NCBI RefSeq assembly: GCF_003704095.1
Contig: NW_020846005.1
Coordinates: 124,001 to 188,000, forward strand
DNA: 64,000 bases
Direction of reading: 5' to 3'
DNA from: Pocillopora damicornis
Taxonomy: Eukaryota
Position numbers and translations under genes: made by a program. The notes under the pieces are model-generated. The model worked only from the letters and a program-made list of their open reading frames with translations, did not search any database and had not been told where the DNA came from. This document shows positions 24,901-37,421 of the stretch, in pieces (within the stretch, counting starts at the first letter, position 1; every line of letters starts with the position of its first letter).

Positions 24901-27900
24901 AGGAGTGGAGTGACATACCTAGTGATGTTGTCCATCTCAAAGATGACACATTTGATGACTTTATTGCAAACAATCCATCTGTTCTTGTCATGTTTTATGC
25001 TCCTTGTAAGTATCATTTTTTTTTTATTTCTACTTGCCTGGCCTTGTAGGAACTCGAAAGTCAAAATCTCTTACTTGTCTTTTTAGTGTTTCTTGCTATC
25101 ACTTTGTGATAAATTGATTTTTGTTAAAAAAAAGAAGCAATTCAGAGTGAATGGGTAACATACATAAATGTTATGTCAGGCCCACAAAGGTCTTCTCTAG
25201 GAAGACAAGATCATGGAACAACAGTTATGGACAGTTTCATGAGCAGCCTTTTATGTATTGATTCTTGGCCTTTCAGGGTGTGGTCACTGCAAAGCTATGA
25301 AGCCTGAATACACAGATGCAGCCAAAACAATGAAGGAGGAGGAGGTACTTTCAGTTTAAATATTTGACAGAGTGCAATAAATTTGATTTTGAGTGAGTAG
25401 TGTAAAACCAACTATTCTTACTGTATATCTTTAATGATAATTCTAAATTTCTTACTTGTGTGTTGAAGGCTGACTGGTAACAATGATTTCAGGTTCCTGG
25501 TGTGATAGCAGCAGTAGATGCAACAAAGGAAACAGCAGTTGGCAAAAGATTCAAAATTGAGGGCTATCCAACAGGTAACTGAGTTGATCAACAACCTCTT
25601 AGTGACTTTCTGAGCCAAGACTTTTTCACCCCTCTTGTTTGCAAGTGTTGATGCTGCCTTTGTGTTTCAGTGTGCACATGCTGTTTTGCCAAGATTAAAA
25701 AACCTGTTCTTATTGGAAAGTTTTGCAAATGGATCTGATACTGGCTTGGCCTGTGTCTTGCACTGGTGTTTTCCCATCTAGAGCTGGAGGTTTTGGAGAA
25801 ACAATGATCATTTGCAAAGGCTTTCTTTTACTTGAATTGGCTTCCACATATTTTTGCTTATGTAAAGTTAAAATGTGATATTCAAACTTTCAATCCACAG
25901 GTATGAGAGTTGACCTGTCCATCCACAAATAATGTTTTTCCTAGCAAATAGTTTCTTCCCAGGCCACCTCTTTGCTACTGTGGCAAAGGGATCCTGTTGA
26001 AATGGAAGTTTCAGTCGTGCTCCCCTGACATTGAATGCAACCATGATTTTTCTTTGGCTGAATGAAACTGTCAAGTGACCACCTGATTTCATTTCAAGGA
26101 CTTTGTGAACAAATGTATTAGTGCCTATGTAGACCTTGTGCTGGTTGGTTTGTGTTACTTGCTCATCACTTACCTGCTTTCTTTTTCTCATCTGTTTTCA
26201 GTGAAATATTTCAAGTAAGTGAAAGGTTTTACATTTGTGTTTGGGTTGAGACTTGTAGAGTTAACTGCCTTGTTTGGTTTGGGAAAAATTGACATAAAAT
26301 TTGTGAAATTTTTTTTATTATCAGAGATGGTGAATTTGCTTTTGATGTGAACGAGAGAACGGCTGACAAGATTGTGGCATTTATGAAAGAGTAAGTGCAT
26401 ATTGTGTGCTTAATCTTTGTATACAATGTAAATTGATACTGACAGAGTTTTTTTTTGTTTTATCCAGTCCAAAAGAACCACCCCCACCCCCTCCCCCAGA
26501 GAAAGATTGGAGTGACGTGGAGAGTGAGGTGGAACACCTGACAGATGACACTTTCAAAGGATTCCTGAAGAAAAAGAAACATGTCTTGGTCATGTTTTAT
26601 GCACCATGTAAGTTGAATATCAGAGAGAGTAACAACGATCTCTTTTCATGGGACCTTGATCCAGAGAGTTTAGTGCTGAGATGTAAGGAGAGTGGTGACA
26701 AAAGGGAGAAACCCGTCCAAAACAGGGAGCTAAATTAAATATGAGGTGGAAATAGAAATTTAAACATCTGACCCTTTGAATCATCACTTGGTTTCTGTAA
26801 CACTGAGCTACAGTCTGAGCTACATCTTATATTTGATATATGATGGCTATTTTTTTCTCTTAATTTTATTTTTTGCATTTTTTGATGTGTCAAAAAGGTT
26901 TCTTGTATCCATTTTAGGGTGTGGTCACTGCAAGAAAGCTAAACCAGAATTTATGGAAGCTGCTAAACATGATGCGGAAAACTCTAAGGTTAGACAACTT
27001 TATCAAGTGATTGTTTTGTAAATTTGAAGTCGTGTCTCATGTGCTAGTTAATCAACTGTCACAGAAATGTTTTTGACATTTTTGATGCTTTTCTTATAGA
27101 TAGGCTCATTCTTTCTCATGATAGACTCTTTGATGGTTGAAGAATAAGTTTTAACTTTGCAAAATTCTTAAGACGCTTAAGTCTCATTATTTAAACAAAA
27201 TTTAGCCGTTGTTTAACAAAACCGCGTCCTAAATAGTTCCCTACTTAGCCGAACGCTAACAATTGAAGGGCATTTATTTCATGAAATCAACATTCTTATA
27301 GATAAAAGCCTGAGGCCCACTGATTGCGTAAAAACCGTGGCTTGGGCTATACCTCGTGTAAATAAACCGGCCCTTAAGTTTTAGTCCAGTCAAGAGTTAT
27401 CTGAGATCAGATCCTCAATTACCGGTATCTCTGCTATTCAGAAATGATTTGACACTCGAGAGGGCAGCTGAAATGGACCTTTGAGGAGGATTGGAAAGTG
27501 TAGTAAACGAAGATAAATACCTTTAGTAATAAGTGTGTCTTAAAAGTTGCTTGAATCACCAAAACTTCTTGGCTCTTTTGTTAGGTTGCATACGCTGCAG
27601 TTGATTGTACAGTCCACAGATCTGTGTGTAACCAGTTTGACGTGCAGGGGTGTGTACTTCTTCGTTGTTCCCTGACTATGTATGAGAGCGAGGTGATAAA
27701 AGTTTTGAAATTCCAACGCTGAAATATCAGGAAACGAAACAGAATGCGCCCAGATTCGCACTTCTATTCCTTAGATATAGATAGGGCTTCAGTGGCTCGT
27801 ACCTTTATCAGGAATTTCGAGAAACGGGCCCCGGAAATGTATTGATAATTGTAAAAGTTAAGATAGGTTATCAAAAAACTGCGGCAAACGTATCCGCATG

Positions 27901-30900
27901 CGTCAACTTCTAGAAAAATGACGGACCGGAAGCTCAATTTTTTTACTCATGCGCAGTGCGTTTTACCGCGGTGTTGGTTATCAACTATTTTCCAGATACC
28001 CTACCTTCCGCTACTTCAACTACGGCAAGAAGGACTTCAAGTACATCGGAGGACGGGTGGCTAAGGACTTTATTCAGTTCATGGAGAATCCTCGTGAAGG
28101 TCCCCCACCCCCACCCTCTGAACCAGAGTGGAAAGATATGCCAAGTCACGTCACCCACCTAACTGACGATACTTTTGAGGAATTTGTGAAGACACACCAT
28201 TCGGTTCTTGTCATGTTCTATGCACCTTGTAAGTATGTTTGTGTCTTGCTCGATTTCTTGGACATGAAAATCATGTAACTGGGAACTTTTTTTCTTTAGA
28301 TTTTTTGCTTTACCTTAGTAAAGGCGATGTTTCAGCTTTATATTATGAATCAACCCATTGGCACAAACCTGTCCTAACTTATACTATTTGTGATGTAAGT
28401 CCTGTGACAGAAGGCGATTCAAGATTTTTTACTTTAGTTAAGAATTTTTTTTTTTCTTTGTTCAGTCGAGATTCTTCTTTGAGACTAGAATTGTTCTGTA
28501 ATTGAGAGTCAGACATTTTCGACCGTGAAAAAGAGTTGACTCGAATTGGACATCTTATGAAGCGGAATCACTGGGAGCCGCTCTTGATCACTCTGGCTCT
28601 CAATGTGTTCTTGTTGAATTAGTTTAATCGGCTTCTGGTTACGCACTGTCGAACCTCTAATGACGGCCATCTCTCCAAAACAACTCCGTAACACCCGTGT
28701 TACTTCACCAGATAGCTTTTTCTCAGGACGGCCGATGGCTAAACAGGTAGGCTAGGTTAAGGTAGGCCAGGCTATTGAAGTTTCTATCCTCTCGTTCGAT
28801 AATTTCAGGGTGTGGTCACTGCAAAGCAATGAAGCCTGCTTACATGGAAGCCGCTGAAGAGTTGCACAGTAAAAATGTGAGTCGCAAAATTACAGAGAAA
28901 GCTAAATGATGAGTCATTGTGGCTCATCAACACTTCTCTTGGTTGTTCAACGTTTCTTAATACAACTAGGAATATTGCAGAGAGAGAACCTGCTTTGCAT
29001 CATCGGTGGGTTAGAGAAACGGCAAATTGTAGCTGACTGTCAGCGTGAAAATCAAGGAGATGTTAACAATTTTCAATGAGAATAAGACTCCCAAGAGATA
29101 TCGGAACACAGCCAATAGCACTTTTGCGATTGGAAGCTCTCCCAAAAGACCTTCAAGAACTTGTATACGAACAGGGTTAGACATTCTGGATTTATATATC
29201 ACAACGCTGATATATAGACAAGTATTTCATTTATCTTTGGATGCAATGTCCAGCCTCCTTCGCCCTCCCTACAATGTCACAAGCNNNNNNNNNNNNNNNN
29301 NNNNNNNNNNNNNNNNNNNNNNNNNNNNNNNNNNNNNNNNNNNNNNNNNNNNNNNNNNNNNNNNNNNNNNNNNNNNNNNNNNNNNNNNNNNNNNNNNNNN
29401 NNNNNNNNNNNNNNNNNNNNNNNNNNNNNNNNNNNNNNNNNNNNNNNNNNNNNNNNNNNNNNNNNNNNNNNNNNNNNNNNNNNNNNNNNNNNNNNNNNNN
29501 NNNNNNNNNNNNNNNNNNNNNNNNNNNNNTTTGTCGTTCTTCTGGTAATCTTAACAGGCTCGCAGTGTTTTGGCCGCTGTAGATTGTACCAAAGAGAAAT
29601 CGTTGGCACAAAAGTATGACATTGATGGATTTCCTACAAGTGAGTTCAAACAAATATCAATTTATTTAAAAAAAAANNNNNNNNNNNNNNNNNNNNNNNN
29701 NNNNNNNNNNNNNNNNNNNNNNNNNNNNNNNNNNNNNNNNNNNNNNNNNNNNNNNNNNNNNNNNNNNNNNNNNNNNGGGGGGGGGGAAATAACGCGATGC
29801 GTGACAAGCTCTCCTCCCAGGGATGAAACATGTTGCGTTATCGGATCAAACAACGACTAGCCTGAAATCTAGATAATTGTATACTAGATGAAAATATTTT
29901 TTGTACTATATCATGCAATGGGTAATATTTTCTCTACAGGACCACTCAAGCTTTCTTTTATTTTTCGTGTTGTAGGTCCGAGGCCTCAGCACCTGCAGAC
30001 GCCAAAACAGCCAAACCTGAAAAACCAGTTGAACCAGCTTGGAGTGATGAAGATACAGACGTGGTCCATTTAACAGCAAGCACATTTCAGGAGTTTATTA
30101 AGTCACACAGTTCAGCCCTTGTCATGTTTTATGCTCCCTGTAAGTTCTAAGAAAAAGCACTTTTTGTTGTCTATTTGTTACGTTTGCGATATGTCCTTTC
30201 TTTTTTATGTCGCAATTGTTAAATCTGTCTCGTTCGCTTTAATTTATTGGTTTTTAATACCTTATTATGTGGTTTTGGCTGTTCTGTCTTTCATTTGATG
30301 TTATTGTAAGATTTCTTTTCTGATTTTGTTGTTTTCTACTTATTTAGGGTGTCCACATTGCAAAAAGATAAAACCCGAGTTTTCGGAGGTGGCCAAAGAA
30401 GTCAACACCGAGAACAAGGTAATCAAATATTCTTTCATATCAACGAGAGTTGCGCAACTTCCTCAGAACCTAGCTCCAATGAAACGAATGAAGACTTCTT
30501 CTACTTGTGTTTCCGAAAAAAGTTTTTGCTTTACTCGGTCCCTCTTGTCAGTTGGAAACAAACACAAATTTTGCAGTAACTTTCCATGCTTTAAATCAGA
30601 ATCACATTTTTATCTTTGAAAGCAAAGCCAGATTTTGGGAAAAATCAAGAACAAAAAGAAATACGCTTGACCTCTTTATCTCTATAATTGAGTGAATCTT
30701 GGCTGTTTTTGTTTTTGTTTTTGTTTTTTTTTTATTTATTTATTTATTTTTGGGGGGGGGGGGGTGTTTCGACGCAAATTCTCATTTTCCACGATTTTGC
30801 TTTTCAGGTCCCTGGTGCCCTGGGTGCGGTGGATTGTACTGTGGATGGTGATCTTTGTACTGAACAGGAAGTCAAGCGTTATCCCACATGTGAGTCTTTT

Positions 30901-33515
30901 ACTTCCCGTCATATTCTAGTAACACGTGTCTTTGAAACGTTGCCAGATGTTATCTCCTTTTCACACGCACTCACCAACTCACGTATATACGTTCACAGGC
31001 CTAATACTTTTTTTTAGAACGACCTTCACCCAGACAATGACGCTTGACGATACAGTAACTTTGAATCGCATACGGTGGTTGAAAAGTTATCTTAATTGCT
31101 CGGTGTATGAAGTGTAACACCCAAACTGTTTTCTCGAGCAAAGAAAAAGACGATTTTCCCCTTGAATATCTATTGCAGTTTTGAAAGTTAATTATAACAA
31201 ATACTGATTTTTTGTTTTTCTTATCTCTCTCTGGAACTATGTTGGAACAGTAAAGTACTACAAGTAAGTGTATCTATTTCACAAACAACATCTTCCATGC
31301 CTAACTATGTCATGTCATGTAAAATTCAACATGCACTGATTTCAATATTCTATTTGTTGCTTGAACTGATGATATAAAACCTTACCTGTCTTCCATTTTC
31401 TAGTTTTGTTTTCTCTTTTGAACGAGGATGTTTTAAGATGCAATTCAAACGATTAAGGAAGGACATAAATCATCGCTGCCGGCGTGAACCCGCGAGGTTT
31501 AAATCTTGTGCTACAGAAATTGTCAACGTCGTTCCCAGTTCCCTTTCTTCATACCCTCAGGGATCGAGGTCAAGAAATTATCAGAATGTTCTACCTCATA
31601 ACACAGTAACGTTAAGAAGTGTAACTGCCTAGAATAGCAAGTGATGATGTCATAATTCTTACAGAGATGGGGAATTTGCTTACAAGTACACAAAGAAAAG
31701 GAAAGCAGAGGACATGCTAGCCTTCATGAAAGAGTACGGTATTATTTCCATCTTGTCGCCAAAAATTATATTAAAATGATTTGTGCTTTGCATGTCATTG
31801 GCCAACCTACTTTTTCATAAATTATCAAAGTGTAGTGTTAAGGAAATCATGAACCTTGGATACATACGAATGTGAAATTTTTACTGACTAATTTTGCTTG
31901 GAGAATAATTATATCTGTTCAAAAATTGTTTTAAATTTGCTCATCTCTTTCTCAGTCCCCAGAAACCTGCACCTCCTCCTCCACCACCTGATTGGAGTAA
32001 GGAGTCTGGTAAAGTGCATTTCCTGACTAACGAGACTTGGGATTCATTCATGGCCGAACATCCTTCTGTGCTGGTCATGTTTTTTGCTCCTTGTATGTAC
32101 AAACAATTAATTTCTTATCATTTCAATTATTATTTAACCTTTTTTTCTGTTGATACAGCGGTAGATTATTAAAGTTTTAACCCAACGTGAACGGCTAGTC
32201 GTTTTGATATCACATGTACGAGTCACGTATAATTCACTTATCACGTGCCATTCACGTGTCAATCTAAGGTAAGGGAACGACTCTGTTAATTGGTTCACTG
32301 AAAATTATGTTAGGTTCAATGGAGGTTCATTGGTTCGAGAGGAATCACATGACTCACCAATTGTATCAGATTTTTACACTCGAAGGTTAGAGGTTCGATG
32401 CTTGGTGGAAAACTAGGATTTTTCCTCATCTCATTCTCGTGACGGAACAAATGACATTTTTTTCCTTAATTTAATCGTAATGTGGTCAGTTCGTTTTTCA
32501 TGATACAGCAAAAGAAAGGGGAACTAAATGAGATGCTGTTGATACGTTAGTCTCTATGTAGCAATTATTTACCGTTGTGGAGGACAACCACCATTTTACC
32601 CACACTGAGGTTAATAATTGTATTAGTAAATACCACACACACACACACAAAAAAAAGGTTTATTTCTTTCAATATACCGAATCATGGTCAGAAATTAAAC
32701 TCTAGACACGCGATTTTGTCCCATAGGCTGCTCGGAGGTGAATAAAACTTACTATTCACTTCCGAACCAGCCAATCAGCGCGCGCGATAAGCATTACTAA
32801 CCTGTGTGGTTTATACTAACAACACTAATTTATTTGTTCATTTATTTACTTTTTTTAATCCATTTTTTGACGTGTGTTTTTAGGGTGTGGTTACTGTAAA
32901 GCTATGAAGCCAAACTTCTTTAAAGCCGCTGAGATCCTTAGTGAACAACATGTAAGTCTCTCTAAACTTGTTCTGGGAATGTTTCACAAAAATTCTTTGT
33001 TCTTTGCAGGTGTATCATCTTGCCTTGCCTTAATGTTTTCACCTCCGTTTTGCTTTTCGTGAGTTATCGATTATTATCTTATCGATTTGGTTTCCGCTGA
33101 AGTATATATGCACAGTATACTGATGTACTATCTAACTTTATTTAGCCGTCTGAAGCGTTAGCAGCTGTTGACTGCACGAAATTCAAATCTATTTGCAAGC
33201 GGACCGGTCTCAAGGGATATCCCACAGGTAAAACTCGTCTCTTCTTTCGGTACGTCTAGTTTGACCATGTTTCACGTTAAAATACTGCTAAAAACGAACG
33301 GTATGGTATAATTTTTTGACGAAAGCTGTCATGCTTTGACAAAACTCCGACGACTTTTAAATCGGACAAATCGTCGAAATGGGCGTTTTGCATGTCATGG
33401 CTTTTAAACCTCTATGAGCAGAACAGCGAATCGATTCAATGACTTTAAGTGGACTTCTTAGTTGCTTTTCCATTGTATAAACTCTTTAGCTGTAAATATA
33501 ATTTTTGTCTGACGA

Positions 33516-33552
<37 letters not shown>

Positions 33553-35842
33553 GCGCTTGTTCGACTTGTAACGTTTAATGGGCCATAACTCTTATTTGGT
33601 ATAATGTTTCTTCTCTTTTCTTCAATGTCCTTGACTGACCTGCAAAAGTGAAATACTACAAGTAAGTAATAATGATTTGTCATCTTCACCTTTCTACTTC
33701 TTCATTTCAAACGGTTTGTTAATGTTCCTAAATATGTCGTCAGCTTCTCGATATGTTTATTTTTCCACATCCTAGTTTTGATGGAAATTGTAAATGCTAA
33801 GGCCAGAAGCGTGTGACAATAACTGGCAAAAATAAAAAGGCCTCGCGTCTTTTGCACATATTCAACGCAAATGGAATCTTTATCTTAACAAAAAATCCGG
33901 AAAAATTATCGAGGCGATAGCGATGTTCTGTTATGTAAGAACTGATTTTCTTCAGTCATTCACCATGTTAAAACGTTGTAGAAAAAAACACCTTTTCAGA
34001 AGGTGGATGACTGATAAGGGTGGAATAGAGAAATTTATATCGAAGTACTGCCATTTTTCATATTCTTGTCGGAAACAATTTGTTGCGCTGAACACATGCA
34101 ACTTTATGTTTTCTCGTCACAAAAGAGATTTGAAAGTTTTATTAATTTAGGTGCCAGTAGCTTATTTTCATGGCTTCTTGTCAAGCAATTAAGCGTCGCA
34201 TTAAACAGTATCCTCTTTTTGGTAAATTTCTTCTTTTTTTTTTCTTATTTAACGTCTGTACGTGGATACTTAGAGAGAAATTGATGCTTGTATCTTGTCG
34301 TAGTAAATAAAACTAAAAAAATGTTAGCTATAAGTTCGTTTCAAGAGATTATATTTTCTTGGTCTGTTTATAGTATATGACTTTCTTTCATTGTTTATCA
34401 TAGAAATGGCGAAATGGAAAAAGATTATGATGGTGATAGGTCGGCTGAAGATATAATTAACTTTATGAAGAGGTAACTTCAATCATTCGTTACGCGACCA
34501 TTGTCGCGCATGTGCAAGAAACGGAGTGTGCGCGTACGCTCCTAGCGACGCCGCCATTGTTTTCTTGGGGTCTCTCTGTTATATGTGCCATGACAGGTTA
34601 TTAACTTTGAATAGTAATTTCTTATGATTGTCCAAGCTTTCCATCAAAGCATAGCTTTGTCATCATATCAACGCAAGACACTGAATTTGAGTACCACAAG
34701 AGTTCTTTGAGAAACTTCTTGTTCATGATTTAACAGCAAATTAACGCGTTTTGTGTTAGTAGGAGAAACTGGAATATGTCCAGTTTCCCCTCTGGTGCAT
34801 CATCTAATCCTTCTGTTCTCTTCAGCATGAGTGGTGTGGACACTGTACCTGAAGAAACGAAAGGAACTGAGACAGAAAAAGAAGAATCAGATGGATTGAA
34901 GATCTTAGCTTCTGCAAACTTTGAATCCTTCTTGTCCGAGACAGAACACGTGTTGGTTATGTTCTTTGCCCCATGTAAGTCCCACGAAAAGTAAACTACT
35001 ACCTCACAATCTTTATCAACTCTTGGTTTGAGTCACAGAAATTCTCTTCAATTTTGCAGATGTTCAGGATCAATTTCTGTTGACCTAACAGTCTATTGTG
35101 AATCTTCTTATTCCTTTAGGGTGTGGTCATTGTCAGAATGCCAAACCCAAATTCCTGAAAGCTTCTGAAGCGTTTGCCGAGGAAGCTAATAAAGCTTTCA
35201 CTGCAGTTGACTGCACTCAGGATAGCGGTACGTTTAACAAAAGTATTTCTTGTCTCTGAAAGAGTGAGGTTCAAAATGAAAAAATAATCATTGAGCTCGT
35301 TAAGTCTTAATTCCTCCATTCGTATTCCTTCTTAATCACTGCACACCAATCAAAAGACATGAATGCTTGTGAACGCGTTACAAGGGCAATTAGAATCATG
35401 GGAAGAACATAGGCTGCCTTTGGAATAGCCTATTCCAAGCGTTCATGTGCACGATAGCAAAGAAGTGAACAAGCGAGGGAGGTCTGGGTCGGGTATTATA
35501 TGATCCAGACCTCCCTAGTTTTTCACTCCTTTGCCACTATCGTGTCGTTTACTATCTTTGGATGGATTAAATTAGGTTTGCAGCCTAAAAAGAAAAGACT
35601 GGTAACGAGTTACTGGAAACTGTCACAACTTACTTTTGACATTTCCCTTAACAGATTTGTGTGATAAACAAGGCGTGAACGGATATCCGACCATCAAGTA
35701 TTACAGATATGGTGCTTTTGTTGTTGAATACGACGGCGACAGAACTGAAGAAGACTTTTTGTCCTTCATGAAGTCACCCCCCAACCCCCTCCCCCCTGAT
35801 CAACCAGACAGCAACCAAGATGAAAAGCGAGACGAACTTTAA
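18988..35842 (+). CDS. PDIA5: PDIA5/PDIR-like protein disulfide isomerase: signal peptide, one non-catalytic Trx-like domain, seven catalytic Trx domains, C-terminal RDEL. About 37 exons, some hidden in gap 29677-29776
   Basis: N-terminal domain resembles PDIA5 (NLLVLF..VAEEIKGRGTVAYINCG.SKDTKKMCKKLRV..HYKDGDFNKDYDR). Active-site exons start at 22629 (CGYC), 25277 (CGHC), 26918 (CGHC), 28809 (CGHC), 30348 (CPHC), 32884 (CGYC) and 35120 (CGHC), each preceded by a VMF(Y/F)AP exon. Last exon 35655-35842 ends EKRDEL-TAA. Confidence 0.92.
20171..20381. mobile_element. TTAA MITE subfamily A, degraded copy
   Basis: Same internal sequence as 2326-2537 (gtgattaa..tgagaatactcaaa..tacaaggaaatgtctagcagctacaggggagaat). 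Confidence 0.7.
21315..21628 (+). mobile_element. ~300-bp non-autonomous element (Helentron/HINE-like) with internal tRNA/SINE-like head, copy 1
   Basis: Aligns end to end with 60627-60921. Subterminal IR AGTGGAGC...GCTCCACT, 3' hairpin TTTAG-GCTTGG-CTAAA, B-box-like GGTTCTAGTCC. Confidence 0.65.
22277..22582. repeat. Degenerate ~10-bp pyrimidine-rich tandem repeat (TGCTCACCCC-like) spanning an N gap
   Basis: tgctcaccct / tgctgacccc / tgcttaccct units on both sides of the gap 22412-22485. Confidence 0.7.
23493..23706. mobile_element. TTAA MITE subfamily B, reverse orientation
   Basis: Ends GATGTTGGGGTGTAAAGGGTTAA, the reverse complement of the subfamily B start. Confidence 0.75.
24168..24475. 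repeat. Degenerate ~20-bp minisatellite, consensus about TTTTAGACACTAGTGTCTGG, ~14-15 units
   Basis: Recurrent ttttagaca..agtgtct units. The consensus core AGACACTAGTGTCT is a palindrome. Confidence 0.75.
24543..24757. mobile_element. TTAA MITE, related degraded copy
   Basis: ttaactctttgac...aaggagaattactaattagaacttgggagtaaaatggttgaa, similar to the subfamily A end. Confidence 0.55.
26202..26214 (+). other. 13-nt coding micro-exon of PDIA5-like, domain 2 (V-K-Y-F-K)
   Basis: ttttcag|TGAAATATTTCAA|gtaagt. Needed to join the phase-1 end of the GYPT exon to the phase-2 start of the DGEFAF exon. Confidence 0.85.
29677..29776. other. 100-N assembly gap hiding PDIA5-like exons
   Basis: Flanking exons are phase-incompatible, and the KYxK and xGE..FM segments of domain 4 are absent. 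Confidence 0.85.
31251..31263 (+). other. 13-nt coding micro-exon of PDIA5-like, domain 5 (L-K-Y-Y-K)
   Basis: aacag|TAAAGTACTACAA|gtaagt. Restores frame between RYPT and DGEFAY. Confidence 0.85.
32623..32819. mobile_element. Small inverted-repeat-bounded element
   Basis: TTAGTAAATACCACAC ... GTGTGGTTTATACTAA imperfect inverted repeats. Confidence 0.45.
33516..33550. repeat. Poly-G tract
   Basis: Over 30 consecutive G, ~100 nt upstream of the micro-exon at 33649. Confidence 0.9.
33649..33661 (+). other. 13-nt coding micro-exon of PDIA5-like, domain 6 (V-K-Y-Y-K)
   Basis: caaaag|TGAAATACTACAA|gtaagt. Restores frame between GYPT and NGEMEK. Confidence 0.83.
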
Positions 35843-37421
35843 CTTCGAGTTTTGTATTTCAAATTTAGCTTTAAATTATCCTTTTAAATTCGGCCATAGC
35901 GAAATAATTCCGATGTTTTTACGAATAATTCTGTAGAGTTTAGTAGATGCACCCGACGTTAAAAACGTCTCATCAGGAAAATTTACGACCACGTCTGCAG
36001 CATACACCAACCGCGAATTCACCTCTGTTTTCGTTCACTTTTCTACCAATACTAAAAACGATCAACAGGAAAGTGATAATAAATAAATTATTTCTGTCTT
36101 TCGGCCTCGAACGCAAGTATTTCCTCTTTAGTTTGGTTGAAAAACAGACTTTAATGCTCACTTTTTCCATTCTTTGTACGCTTAGACGTGGTTGTAAGTT
36201 TTTATCATCAGACTAATTGCTCTCCATCACTCTCGCTTCGTAGGTTTACTGTAAATTTTTTTTTTTTCATCAAAAATTTTCAAATCAGGAAGTGCACTTT
36301 TCAAGTCAAAATGGCCTTCAATTCATCTCACGACAGTCGATTAAAGTTTTTTTTTTAAGAAAAGGGAATTATTCATTCAGCTTGCTTATTTCCGAAAAAC
36401 ATTTTTGATTTATTTATGAAATGAAATTGCTCTTCTACAGCCTGTTATGTTATGATGTAAATTTGACATTCTGTCAAACTAATGTGCTTTAGCAGTCAAA
36501 TTTCCGAGAAGACTCTCGACGAAGCGGTAGCTTAAATCAACTATAGATAATTGCAAAGAGATAGGTAATCATTATTGAAATAACCCAGAAAAAGACCTAC
36601 TAACGAGTCACAGATTGTTAGGCAACGCTCCATAAGCTCTATGTGACATTACAAACAAATGCGTGAGGTCAAACAAAGGAGAGTGTTCAAAAATATTTTT
36701 TTGTCAGATATTTTTCTCCATGAAAATGCCGGTATCGTTTTAACTACAGATTAAAGGTCCAAATAAAGACAATTACGTACTACAAGTTTTCTTGTGCTTT
36801 ATTTTAAATGAATAAACACGCCCAGTCCAGTTCTGCCTCTCTCTGATTGTCATGCAATGTCGCGACAGGCGCCCTGAACATCATGGCCATGTTTACGGTT
36901 ACAAAAATAAAATACAGCAAAACAAAAATCCTTCAGTTTTTACTTCAAATCGCCCCATTACTTTTCAATCGTGCTAAGAAATCCGACGGATTTTCTTTTC
37001 CTCTCTATTTTTAGGGTCTAAGAGCACCTGTAAATGACGTATGATGAACTTGTAAAATTTCAACATCTCGTGTACTGCGTATCTGTGTTATGTACATTGA
37101 AGAATATTTTGCTGGCCAGCATCGAGAGGACCAGAACTATTTTATTATATATTGAAACTATTTAAATGACACTCAAAGAATTAAAATTTGCCGGTGTGTC
37201 GTGGTACGCTTAGGAAAGAGCTGGAGAATGAGGTCTCTTAAAGCCAACTTAGAGACGAGAAGACGAATGCTACATAGAAATCATCACAACACAATTGAAA
37301 AGTATTTGTTCTCGTGCAGGATATTACAAGGCCCTGCGCACACGAAGCTCTCACACGTCCACGTAAGCTCGCTATTGAGCTGTGAAAACAGTCATGGCTA
37401 CTGAGTCTCAACAGAATTAGG

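Noticed and set aside
22200-35140. FYAPC motifs in the ORF track, and a possible selenocysteine active site
   Set aside because: APC is an artefact of reading T+GT into the intron; the spliced sequence is APWC. All CxxC cysteines are TGT/TGC, with no in-frame TGA.
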